Shown here one piece after another: positions 49,905 through 62,373 of a DNA stretch of 64,000 nt. The DNA lies in contig NC_057753.1 in NCBI RefSeq assembly GCF_004010195.1, forward strand, positions 4,983,156 through 5,047,155, written 5' to 3'. Position 1 is the first letter of the stretch, and each line of letters starts with the position of its first letter. The notes beneath the pieces are model-generated. The model was given only the letters and a program-made list of their open reading frames with translations, was not told the origin of the DNA and searched no databases. Source of the stretch: Chiloscyllium plagiosum (Eukaryota). Made by a program: the position numbers and the translations under genes.

Positions 49905-50536
49905 CTATTACAGGCCATTTGGCCCAACAAGTCCACACTGACCCCTCTGAACAGTTTCCCACCCAGATTCATTTCCCCTCCCCTATTACTCTACAGTTAC
50001 CCTTGACATGTTCCTGAACACTAGGGGCAATTTAGCACGGCCAATCCACCCTAACCTGCATATCTTTTAGACTGTGGGAGTAAACTGGAACACACCGGAG
50101 GAAACCCACGCAGACACGGGGAGAACGTGCAAGCTCCACACAGTCACCCGAGGCTGGAATCGAACGCAGGTCCCTGGCGCTGTGAGGCAGCAGTGCTAAC
50201 TGCTGAGCCACCGTGCCACCCATAAATCTTTCTTTTTGTTTGTAGAATCCCTACAGTGTGGAAACAAGTCCACACCAACTCTCTTGAAGAGTAACCCAAC
50301 CAGATCTGTTCCCCTACCCTATTGTCCTATACTTGCCCCTGACTAATGCACCTAACCTACACATCACTGAACACTATGGGCAATTTGGCATAGCCAATTC
50401 ACCCTAATCTACACACCTTTGGACTGTGGGAGGAAACCCACGCAGGCACGGGGAGAATGTGCTAACTCCACACGGACAGTTGCCCGAGGCTGGAATTGAA
50501 CCTGGGTCCCTGGTGCTGTGAGGCAGCAGTGCTAAC
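49905..50536 (-). mobile_element. Two tandem HE1-type SINEs
   Basis: Two heads (…GCCACCGTGCCACC at ~50220 and ~50535), each with a V core and tail. Confidence 0.9.
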
Positions 50537-51714
50537 CACTGAGCCACCGTGCCACCCTTTCCGTGCTTCCCCTTCAGGGTAGTCAGATGCTGTTGGTGTC
50601 CACCCTCTGGGGATCTGAGCTCCTCCGAGTTTCAGTAAGGACTATTCCACAGTGTCATGCTGAGAGAGAGGGAGGCAGCATACTGGCCCCGTCCTGACGG
50701 TTTGGGGTAAAATGGAGAGAAGTGCAGATTTGTTATTGAGTGGAGTTCAAGCTTCCTTGACTCCTTTATCTACCGGCCCTTTCCTGGACAAAGATCATAG
50801 CATTGTTTCCACTCTGCTGCAGACCAGAGATCAGTAATGTGTTATAAGGCTGCGGATACAGCATCTGCCATCCTGTTTACTGCCACGGTTATGACCTGCC
50901 ATGGGCCCATTTCGGTGCTGTGCTTGAAGCTGTTCAGAGGCTGCATCTCTCTCTCAGACAGACGGTCTCCGGAAGAGGAAGTGGTGGAGGCTGGTACAAC
51001 TGCAACATTTAAAAGGCATCTGGATGGGTGTTTGAACAGGAAGGGTTTGGAGAGATATGGGCCGGGTGCTGGCAGGCGGCACTGATTGGGTTGGGATATC
51101 TGGTCGGCCTGGACCAAAGGGTCTGTTTCCGTGCTGTACGTCTCTATGACTCTCCAACCTCCTCCAGCCCCAAGACTCTCTGAGGGCTCCCTGCACTCCT
51201 CCAGTACTGACCCTTTCCGATCACCCACCAACATCACTCCATCATTGCTGGTCGTGCTTTCAGTTGCCAAGGCCCCAAGCTCTGGAAATCTCTCCATCAT
51301 CCTCTCTCTCTCCTACTTTCAGACACCAGTGGAAATTGAGCTCTATGATCAAGCTTTTAACTGACACGTGAAGCAAGCTTGGAATCTTTTACTTGGTGAA
51401 CAGTACTATATCAATGCAAGTTGTTGTTGCCTTTAGGGCCTTGCATTGGGTGTCTTTGCCATCATTTAAAATCCTTAAACTGTAATGAGCACAGTAGCTT
51501 TCAGACCGAAACATTAAACCTGCCGTTTTATTTCCAGTCAGGAACAGATCCCACTTTTACCCCATGATTTAGCAGCACGGGATTCAATTTATTAGTGTCA
51601 CGTATACCTAGGTACAGTGAAAAGTTTTATTTTGCGTGCAGTCTGGGCAGATGATGTCATAAGGCTAATGGGACAGAGCGAAGAATACAACGTGACCGGT
51701 GCAGAAAGAGCGAG

Positions 51715-52313
51715 GCAAAGGTGAGGACTGCAGATGCTGGAAACCAGAGTCTAGATCAGAGTGGTGCTGGAAAAGCACAGCAGGTCAGGCATCATCCGAG
51801 AAGCAGGAAAATCAATGTTTCGGGCAAAAAGCTCAAATGAAGGCAGGGAGCCTCCGGGGTGGAGAGATAAATGGGAGGGAAGTAGGGCTGGGGAGAAGGT
51901 AGCCAAGAGTACAGTAGGTGGATGGAGGTGATAGGTCAGAGAGGAGGGTGGAGTGGATAGGTGGGAAGGAAGATCGGCAGGTAGGACAGGTCACGAGGAC
52001 AGTGCAGAGCTGGAAGGTTGGAACTGGGGTAAGGTTGGAGGGAGGGGAAATGAGGAAACTGGTGAAGTCCACATTGCTGCCCTGGGGTTGAAGTGTTCCG
52101 AGGCGGAAGATGAAGTGTTCATCTTAATCCCCACCCCCATCCACCTACTGACATTCTTGGCTAACCTTCTCCCCACCCCCCCCTCCCATTTATCCCTCCA
52201 CCCCAGAGGCTCCCTGCCTTCATTCCCGATGAAGAGCTTTTGCCCAAAAGGCCGATTTTCCTGCTCCTCGGATGCCGCCTGACCTGCTGTGCTTTTCCAG
52301 CACCGCTCTAATC
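51715..52313. mobile_element. Inverted pair of PLE 3' ends bounded by a single 13-bp TSD
   Basis: CAGAAAGAGCGAG at 51702-51714 and 52314-52326. Left arm on the minus strand, right arm on the plus strand. Confidence 0.8.
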
Positions 52314-53619
52314 CAGAAAGAGCGAGACCAACATTAAACGTCTCCTGCATTCCCTGTTTTCTTCGTGACTCTTAACAGGGAAGTCTTGTCTCTTGTGACA
52401 AAAAATAAAAGAACTGAAGTTATCTCAAATTAGAAACAAGAGAAGATCCTAAAATGGAGCAGTCAGGAACAGGACATCGAATAGTCTCTGCTTAACCTGG
52501 AAAATTCAAGGACTTGACCCACCGCATGTGTTTGAAAAGAAGCTGATTTATTTAACAGATGTCAGGATATCAAACTCCCGCCTAGTTACAGGGATTATTA
52601 ACATCAATCAAAATAAACCCCAAACTGTCGGTAAGAATAGGGCTCGGTTCTGGATGCGATTAATTCTGCTGCTACTGTCATGGACTCTCACATTCAGGGA
52701 AACAGGAGATAAATATCAAATGTTTCTGGTGGTTAGACAGTCTAGGAATAGGTCACAATCCAGAGGCTAAGGCCCGACCCCTTCAGGAGCCTGACTGCAC
52801 AGGATTTGGTTCAGTGCAATCTGATTCAGCAACACAGAAGCCATTTTGTGCAGCTCCATTTTGTTCTACCTCCCAGGGGCCCATATCCTCAACGTGACAC
52901 AGAAACAGGCCATTTGACACAACCCGGTCCCTGTCGAGTTTCGTGCTTCAAAGAAACCTCTTCTCCAGCACTTTTCTTGTGTGGAATCTTCAAAAGCATC
53001 GACAGCATTCACTTTGACCACTTCTTGTGATAGTGGGTTACTAGCACAGCCTTGCCCTTTCAGAAGCTGCTTCTGAATCCCCAGTTGGATTCCCTGTTGA
53101 CTAGTGCATAGTGACAGCTGCTCTACACAAGAAGAAACTTGATAATTTTACAAGAAGTCATCTCCTCAGCCAGCGAAACAGGACCCAAGCCCGACAACCC
53201 TTTGCTCAATCGGTAAGCACACCCATTCCTCCGTTCATCATTTTAAACCTTCTCTGCGCCCTGTACTGTGCCTCTTCCTTTAGCTAAAATGGCCACCAGA
53301 ACTGCGCACAAGAGGTCGGTCAGTCCTGCACTTACAGATTACCGGGAAGGCCAGTCAAGTGCATCCGTGACCTGAACGTAGTGAGAAACGACCAAGTAAG
53401 GACGATGAAAGAGCTGAACAGACAGGAAACCCGCAACAGGACAGAATGGTTCACTTGGTCCCAGGGAACAAGCAGAGGGAGACCGAGCCTCTGTAGTGGC
53501 CTGTGGCATCGCCCCTGAACGGTTGGCAGGGGACGCGACTTGGAACGAATGTCAGCCACCATCAAATTGGAATGCCTTTCCTATTCAAAATGATTATTTT
53601 TTGACAAGAGTCCGCCCGA

Positions 53620-54695
53620 GTCCGGACCACGTGTGGGAAACACGACCCAGGGAGCTCGACGTCATCTAAACAAAGCGGCCTCCCCACTCGGTTGGCACCC
53701 TGCACGCTATCCCGTCGCCCACATCTATTACAAACCCACCGACTCCCACAGCTACCTTGACGACACCTCACCCCACCTGCAAAAAAAAAATGATCCCACA
53801 TTCCCGATTCCTCTGCTCCCAGGCTGAGGAATTCCACTCCAGGACAACCCAAATGTCCTCCTTCTCCAACAATTTCCCCTTCTGCCCGTGATCAACAATG
53901 CCTTCAGCTGCACCTCCTCCATTTCCCGCACCTCTGCCCTCAAACAAACACCCCCACCCCCAACCACAACCAGGACAGAGTCCCTCTGATCCTCACACCC
54001 CACCCCGCGAATCTCCAATTCCAACGCATCATCCTCCGCCACCTGCAGTTGGACCCCTCCACTAAAATTATATTTCCCTCCCTAACTCTATCTGCTTTTG
54101 CGCAGGAACCGTTCCCTCTGTGACTCCCTCCGTTCGGTGCACAGTACCCACCAACCCCTCCTCCACACCTGGAAAACCTTCTCCTGCCAATGCAGGAGGT
54201 GCAGAACCTACTCCCCCCCCCCCCCCCCGCCTCACCTCCATCCAAGGCCCCTAGGAATCATTCCAAGAGATTCACATACATCTCCTCTAACCTGATTCAT
54301 TGTATCTGTTGTTCCAGATGCAGTCTCCTCTACATCGGAGAGACCGAGCGCAAACTTGGGGACTGGTTCAGGAAATATCTATGGCCCATACGCTCCAATC
54401 AACCCCACCTTCCGGTTGCCATCCATTTCAGCTCCCCCTCCCCTGACGACCTGTCCATCCTGGGCCTTCCTCACCATCAATACAAGGCCACGCGCAAACT
54501 GGAGGAAGACCACCTCATCTTCTGCTTTGGGAGCCGACAACTACATGGCCTTAACGTAGCCGTCAATCGCTCCCATTTATTCCGCAGCCCCCTTCCGTCC
54601 CCCAGTCCTGATGAAAAGTTCCGACCTGAAATGTCGACTCCCGTTTTCCTACGACGCTGCATGACCCGCTGAGCTTTTCCCAGCTCCACTCTTGA
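53620..54695 (+). mobile_element. Penelope-like element 3' half (GIY-YIG) with hammerhead
   Basis: IYYKPTDSHSYLD and LIHCICCSRCSLLYIGETERKLGD. agtc-CTGATGA...GAAATGTC-gact at 54604-54639. Confidence 0.85.
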
Positions 54696-55209
54696 TCCAC
54701 TATTCCTTCAAATAGCCACACAGTGGCCGCGGTGTGTACTGTCTACAAGGTGCACCGCAGGACAAGGTGCACCGCAGGAGCACACCCAGGCACCATCCAC
54801 AGCACCCCCGAAACCCGTGACCTCCACCACCCCGAAGTACAAGGGGAGCAGTTGCAATGGGAACGTCACCCCCAACAAGTTTCCAACCAAGACCCACACC
54901 GTCCTGATTTGCTACGACACTTGTCATTCGTTCGTCGTTAATGGATCAAAACCTTGACTCCCACCCCTAACGACAGCGTGGGTGCCCCTACACCCCGGGG
55001 GATTGCAGCAGTTCGAGGCACCAGCTCACCACCACCTCCTCCGCTGCAGTTAGGGATAGGAAATAAATGCCACAAGTTAACGAGAGAGAAAAAGACCTTC
55101 AATCCAATTTTCTTTTAGAGTCTGCCCTGGAGAAATAATCGGCCTTCCTGTGTCTGACAGCCTGAAGACTGCACCGGTAGCACTCTTCGCGAGAGAGGGC
55201 TATTCTGAG

Positions 55210-56550
55210 TCATGGTCCAACCATGTTCCCAAACTAAACTAGTCCCAACTGCCTGCATTTGGCCCATATCCCTCCAAACTTTTTCTATTCGTGTGTTTAT
55301 CCGAATGCCTTTTAAACATTGTCGCTGTCCCACCCCTTTGTCAGGGAGTTCGTTCCACACTAACCACAGTGTGAAAATAAAAAAAGGTCCCCTCATGTCC
55401 TTTACAAATCTTCCTCTTGAAAAATACGCCCCCTAGTTTTGAACTCCCCCACGCTATGGAAAAGACCTTTGCTATTCATCTTATCCATGCCCCTCATGAT
55501 TTTATAATCCTCTGTAAGGTTACCCCTCTCAACCTCCAGTGAAAGAAGTCCCGGCCTATTTTTATAACTCAAACCTTCCATGCCCGGTAACATCCTGGTA
55601 AGGCTTTTCTGAACCTTCTCCACTTTAATAATATCCTTCCTATAACTCAATAACCAGAACTGCACACAGTCCTCCAGAAGAGGCCTCATCAACATCCTGT
55701 GCAATCTCAACATGGCGTCCCAACTCCGATACTCAAAGGACTGAGCACCGAAGGCAAGCTTGCAAAATGCCTTCTTAACCACCCGAGCTCTGACCCAAAC
55801 TTCAAAGAATTATGTACCTGAACACCCACGTCGCTCTGTTCTAGAACACTATCCGGGGCTCTACAATCAAGTGTATAAGTCCTGCCTTGTTTGCTTTACC
55901 CAAACACAATGCATTTATTCAAATTAAACTTCATCTGCCATTCCTCAGCCCACTGAGACAAGTGCGTAACATCTCTTTGTAATCTTAGATAATCTTCTTT
56001 CACTGGTGTCCTCTATTGGGGAGACAGGACGCCTTCTTGTGGATCCCTTCAGAGAACATCCCTGGGACACCCGAACACCCCAACCCCACCGCCCTGTGGC
56101 TGAACACTTCAACTCCTCCCTCCCACTCCGCCAAGGACATACAGGTCCTGGGCCTCCTCCACCACCAAACCATTACCCACCCGATGCCTGGAGGAGGAAC
56201 GCCTCATATTCTGCCTTGGGGCCCTGCGACCACACGGGATCAATGTGGATTTCAACAGCTTCCTCATCTCCCCTTCCCCTCACATGATCCCAGTCCCAAG
56301 CCTCCAACTTGGCCCTCTCCTCCAGACCCGTCCATCACTGCCCCCTCTGACTTATCACCTTCTCCGTCCCCTCCATCCACCTATTGCTTTCCCAGCTGCC
56401 TCCCCCCAACTGTTTATCCCTCAAACGTCTATTCTCCTGCACCTCGGATGCTGCCTGACCTGCTGTGCTTTTCCAGCACCACACACTCGATGCGGACCTC
56501 CAGTCCTCATTTTCTCCTAACCTTCTTCACTGTCCACTATACCACCATCT
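55210..56550 (-). mobile_element. CR1 fragment interrupted by a PLE 3' fragment (~56007-56515, +)
   Basis: CR1 peptide RPLLEDCVQFW. The PLE portion resembles the reverse complement of 34213-34800. Confidence 0.8.
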
Positions 56551-57190
56551 TACCTTTGGGGTCACGTTAGAAAATGGTTTGGGAGGCACTGGTAAGGAAG
56601 AAACAGTTTAGTTTAGCATTTGAGATAATTAAATGCTTTTAAAATGTATGCTATAATATTGCAGAAATATGCTCGGATTTTGTGAACATTCCAGTCAACG
56701 GATTCTTCCAATCCACTGACCAGATTGCACTTATCTTCATTCCTGAGCTGACTGGAGTTCGGTACCAGGCGAAAATATTTGGAGCCTATGGATTCTTGCC
56801 CAATTCCAACTTCCCTTCTTTCTGGTGAATGATGGAGGGACCAGTGTATGGAACATCCAAGACAGTAGGAATTGTCAACAAGTATTCATCTGCGCTTTCT
56901 CACTGAAGAATTTAACCGGTGCAGACTTTAAATTGTAGGGATTTCGAATGGATTATCATTCTAATCTAAGCTCTGATGAGAATTCATGAACTGAGAGCAT
57001 AGATGACACACAAAAGGTTCTCAAAAGGACACTGCAACAGTGGGAGAACAGTCAGCTGCAGATTCACAACATTAGCAGTGACGGAGGTCATTAACATTAT
57101 CCGCAGGAAGGAACTGCCAACATCAGGAATAACGTGGGTCAGCCCTGGGTGCGATTAATAGTCACAGCGACAGCAGAGTCCAACCCGTGG

Positions 57191-59281
57191 TCACTTGTGA
57201 ACTTGCCGGTGGGTCGCCAGGTTCGCGGACTGGGTGAATCCCTTCCCGCACACCGAGCAGGTGAATGGCCGCTCCCCGGTGTGAACGCGCTGGTGTGAAA
57301 ACAGGCTGCCCGAATGCCTGAAACTCCTTCCGCAGCGAGGGCAGACAAAGGGCCTCTCGTCAGTGTGGACCCGCTGGTGCGTCAGCAGGTGGGATAACTG
57401 CGTGAATCCCTTCCCGCACTTGGAGCAGAGAAACGGCCTCTCCCCGGTGTGGATTCGCTGGTGCTCGTGGACGCTGCCTGAATGCCTGAAGCTCTTTCCA
57501 CAGTAGGTGCAGATGAAGGGTCTCTCGTCAGTGTGAACCCGCCGGTGTGTCAGCAGGTGGCACGACTGAGTGAAAGTCTTTCCGCACTCGGAGCAGGAGA
57601 AAGGCCTCTCCCCGGTGTGAACTCGCTGGTGCGTCAGCAGGTGGGATGACCGGGTGAATCCCTTCCCGCACTCGGAGCAGGTGAATGGCTTCTCTCCAGT
57701 GTGAACCCGCTGGTGGACCGTGAGTTGGGATGATCGCTTGAACCCTGTCCCGCACTGAGAGCACCTGAACGGCCTCTCGTCGGTGTGAACACGGCGATGG
57801 GATGTCAGTCCATCAGCCCTGTTGAAGCACTTCCCGCAGTCTGGACACTTAAAAGGTCTCTCCCCAGTGTGAATGCGCTGGTGGACAGTGAGCTGAGAGG
57901 AGTGCTTGAAGCCAGTCCCGCAGTGAGAGCATCTGAAGGGTCTCTCGTCAGTGTGAACCCGTTGGTGGGACATCAGTTCCGCAGAGCTTTTGTAGCACTT
58001 CCCGCAGTCTGGGCATTCGAAAGGTCTCTTGTCGGTGTGAACCCGCTGGTGTACAGTGAGTTCCGAGGATCGCTTGAATCCTATCCCACACTGAGAGCAC
58101 CTGAACGGCTTCTCATCAGAGTGAATACGCTGATGGGACATTAGTTCCCAGGAACTTTTATAGCACTTCCCACAGTCTGGGCATTGGAAAGGTCGCTCCC
58201 CATTGTGCACTCGCTGGTGTGTCAGCAGGTGGGCGAGCTGAGTGAATCTCTTCCCGCACTCCGAGCAGGTGAACGGCCGCTCGCCGGTGTGGACCCGCTG
58301 GTGTGTCACCAGGTGGGACAAGCGAGTGAATCCCTTCCCACACTCCGAGCACGTGAAAGGCCTCTCCCCGGTGTGAACCCGCTGGTGAGTCAGCAGGTCA
58401 GCTGACTGAGCAAATCCCTTCCCGCACTCGGAGCAGGTGAAGGGCCTCTCTCCCGTGTGAATGCGCTGGTGGGCTGTGAGTTGAGACGAGTGCTTGAAGC
58501 CTGTCCCACACTGAGAGCACCTGAATGGTCGCTCGTCGGTGTGAACACGCTGATGGGACATCAGTTCCCCGGAACTTTTGTAGCACTTCCCGCAGTCTGT
58601 GCACTTAAAAGGCCTCTCCCCAGTGTGAAGCCGCTCATGTACAACGAGTTGAGACGAGTGCTTGAAGCCAGTCCCACAGTAAGAGCATCTGAATGGCCTT
58701 TTATCAGTGTGAACGCGTTGGTGAGTCATCAGTTCCCCAGAACTTTTATAGCACTCCCCACAGTCTGGACATTTGAAAGGTCTCTCGCAAGTGTGAACTT
58801 GCTGGTTTTGCAGGGTGGATGAATCAATGAATGTCTGCCCATCTGCAGAGCTGGTGAAAGGTATCTCTCCTCTATGAATCTGGCAGTGAATCATGAAGTT
58901 GGAATGCAGGGTGAACGTCTCTCCGCACTCAGAGCAGATGAATGGTCTCTCCCCAGTGTGAGTGCGCTGGTGTCTCATCAAGTGAGAGGACCGAATGAAT
59001 CCTTTCCCACACTGAGCACAGGTGAATGGTCTCTCCCCGGTGTGACTGCGCCGGTGAGTTTCCAACTCAGAAGGGTAACTGAATCCCTTCCCACAGTGCC
59101 CACACTTCCACGGTTTCTCCCCAGTGTGACTATGTTTGTGTTTCGACAGGCCAGATGAACGGCTGAAACCCTGTCCACATAGAGAACACGTGTACGGTTT
59201 CTCCGCAGTGTGGACAGTGTCTTTTCCTTCCATGTTCATAACCTGATAACTTTCAAGTTGTTGCAAACTGTACAACTCCAT
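57191..59281 (-). CDS. Tandem C2H2 zinc-finger protein D (~680-696 aa; 23 fingers and 1 degenerate)
   Basis: Intact ORF; first ATG at 59281, homologous MEGK ATG at 59233; acceptor ..ttttcacag|g at 59324; in-frame TGA at 59306-59308. Confidence 0.92.
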
Positions 59282-59689
59282 TAAATCCTGAAGTGGCAAT
59301 CCATTTCAGTCCCCTTCTAACATCCTGTGAAAATCGATTTTGAACAGAAGAAAAAAGGAGTGTGAGAGGAAACCCCAAAAAAAAATGTAGGTTGTCAAAC
59401 ATGGCTGAATGACTCTGGAAATGTGTGCAGCTGTCACAAGTTAAAAGTGACCATGAAAGCTACTGGATTGTCACAAAAAAGCCAACCGGCTCATGCAACC
59501 TGGTCTGGCCTCTGTGAAAGGAGAAAGAGATAGTAGAGTTGGATGTGAGTTAAGGAGCGAGATTTTATATCAGCTGCAACTAACCAAGGTCTGAACAAGA
59601 TGGACTCACTCTAACACCCCCCCCCCTCCCCCCTGAGTCTCCAGCAACTGGGTAGCAGATGTATGTGACCATCAACTGTCCCTCCATTC

Positions 59690-59717
59690 CTGATGAAGGG
59701 CTTTTGCCTGAAACGTC
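59690..59717 (+). ncRNA. Minimal hammerhead motif heading a ~100-bp PLE-tail insert (~59685-59785)
   Basis: CTGATGA-AGGGC-TTTT-GCCT-GAA-ACGT-C. Confidence 0.65.
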
Positions 59718-60101
59718 GATTTTCCTGCTTCTTGGATGCTGCCTGACCTGCTGAGCTTTTCCAGCACCACACTGATCTCAACTCTCGGAGTCACACATTG
59801 CCCTTACTTTTCTGACATTCAGTACCGGGTGAGAAGAAACATTCCCAATTTAAATGTTAGGAAGCCTGAAGCCATCATCTTTAGCTCCCGCTATAAACTT
59901 CATTTCATTGCCACCGACTCCAATCCCCTCTCTACCAACCATCTTATACTGAACCAGACAGCCTACAGCCATGGTATCACAACTTCACTCTAGTAGGGGT
60001 CAAATATCTTTGCCACCTCCAAGACCACTCAGCTTGCCCTCTGCCGAAGCTGATCTTCTGAAACCCTAGTCCATTCAGTTGCTCCTTCCATGCTGCACTA
60101 T

Positions 60102-60380
60102 TCACAGCGCCAGAGACCCGGGTTCAATTCCCGCCTCAGGCGACTGACTGTGTGGAGTTTGCACATTCTCTCCGTGTCTGCGTGGGTTTCCTCCGTCTGC
60201 GTGGGTTTCCTCCCACAGTCCAAAGATGTGCAGGGTCAGGTGAATTGGCCATACTAAATTGCCCGTAGTGTTAGGTAAGGGGTAGATGTAGGAGTATGGG
60301 TGGGTTGCGCTTCGGCGGGGCGGTGTGGACTTGTTGGGCTGAAGGGCCTGTTTCCACACTGTAAGTAATCTAATCTAATC
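60102..60380 (+). mobile_element. HE1-type SINE (5'-truncated)
   Basis: B box GGTTCAATTCC, V core and (TAATC)n tail. Confidence 0.9.
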
Positions 60381-60779
60381 AAACTAACTCCTCGTCAGTC
60401 TCCTAAATTCAAGCCCTCAAAAGTCATCGATTTCTGGGGGAAAAAAAAACTCTGGAATCTATGTGCTCTGCTCTAAGTCCCACTCGCATACCCATCACCA
60501 CCCTTCTCACTGACCTGCATCTGGGTCTGGTAAACAGCATGCAAATTTCTATTCTCAGATTCTGTTTTCAAACCCCTTCATGACCTTTTTTTCCAAATTT
60601 CCTGTGAACCGTTCAGCGCAGATAAAATGACAAAACATACGTGCCCTGCTGACTCGAGTGCACCTGTCAGAACTTGATGCGATGCTTGGTTTGAGTTCCA
60701 TGTCTTCAAATCCTGTCCAATAAAAGGCAATGCCGTCAGACCAAGATTAAAAATGCAGAAGACACAAACATTTCTCTCG

Positions 60780-61320
60780 AACGCGCTGTGTGTACTCACG
60801 TTCCGCAGCTCCAGGCAAGTTGCGCATGCTCCCTGACGCACTGTAGCCCCCTACAAACATGGCGTCCGCGCATCCGTCCCGCGTGGGACATTGCCCCCGA
60901 CAAAGATGGCGGCCGTAACTTGGGCCTCTCACCGCCCGAGGCCCGCAACAGACTTCCGGTGGGTCGCAAGCGCGCGGCAGAGCGTTTTAAGTTCGGATCT
61001 TGCGGCCAACACCAAGAGTTTGCGAAACCTTCCGGCCCACACTGATTGAATTTCTCTCCCGCACTCCGCTGTCTGTCCTCCTCCCCACTTTTACCTTCTT
61101 CCCCCTCCCGCTCTCGTTCAGACGTCAGTCACAATGACACCGCGCCTGCGCTGCAGCGCCAACGGTGAGGGTCACGTGCCCCCACTCGTGGTCCTCCCCT
61201 TTACCTCCGATTGGTTGGAGGACTTACCTGTCCACACTCGGTCCTCCAGGCCTGCCCACTCTCCCTATTGGGCCGGACCTGCCGTCAATCAGCCGAGCAC
61301 TATTGTGCCGCAGAGCGTGG
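60780..61320 (-). promoter_or_regulatory. CpG-island promoter and first exon, probably of ZNF D
   Basis: YY1-like AAGATGGCGGC (~60903), ETS ACTTCCGG (~60952), GCGCCTGCGC (~61142), ATTGG boxes; candidate donor GTGAGA at ~60932(-). Confidence 0.7.
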
Positions 61321-61339
61321 AGTTCCGAATATTGTCTCA

Positions 61340-61715
61340 GTCATAGAGTCATAGAGATGTACAGCACAGAAACAGACCCTTCAGTCCAACTCGTCCATGC
61401 TAACCAGATATCCTAACCTAATCTGGTCCCATTTGCCAGCAGTTGGCCCATATCCCTCTAAACCCTTCCTATTCATATATCTATCCAGATGCCTTTCAAA
61501 TGTTGTAATTGTTCCAGCCTCCACCACTTCCTCTGGTAGCTCCTTCCATACATGCACTACCCTCTGCATGAAAAAGTTGCCCTTTACATCCCTTTTAAAT
61601 TTTTCCCCTCTCATCCTAAACCTACGCCCTCATGTTCTGGGCTCCCCACCCCTGGGTAAAGACCTTGGCCTATTGACCAAATCCATGTCCCTCATGGTTT
61701 TATGAACCTCTATAA
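61340..61715 (-). mobile_element. CR1/HER1 3' fragment
   Basis: RVVHVWKELPEEVVEAG and the tail repeat. Confidence 0.9.
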
Positions 61716-62373
61716 CTTGGATCAAGTTGTTGGAATATCCAGTACTTTACCAGGATTTCAGACCAGGGGAGGAGTGTGTGCGCTTGGGACAGCGATCTAT
61801 AGTTTTATGGGGAAATAACAGATGAAAATATTCAAAGTTCTTTGCTTCACTGATGATAGAGAGTTTTATCAACTCCAATCACAGAAGAGGAGGGCTGACA
61901 ACTCAAACCAAACTTCCACGTCAAGATCTGGACACAGCCTCACTGCTCATCAGGACTTGAAATGATACCGGCTTCCAAATGTGGAACTAATGGTTGGAAG
62001 CTAGGCAGAGGCATGAAGAATTTGGATGGTTGGTTGTGCCGTGAGAATTGTGTCAAGTGAGCAATTAGGTGGGTCTCATGGATAAGACGAGCTCTGAAGG
62101 ATGCAGGCAAGAAACAAGAGAAAATGGAGGAAAACGTACATTCAGCACATAGGAATGGAGGAAGCAGTTTTGAGTTGAGGACGAATGAGTGTGATAGAGA
62201 TGTTAAAAAGACACAACACATTGCGTGTCTTACACAAAGCTGATTTATTTGATTTTTATCCAGAATATTAGGCCGTTTAAGGGGGGCGGATTCCATTAAA
62301 ATCAGCAGGAGCAGATCCCATTCAGCACTGTTCATTTCTGGATGTGATTGACAGAAGAATCCTGTCACTGTAG

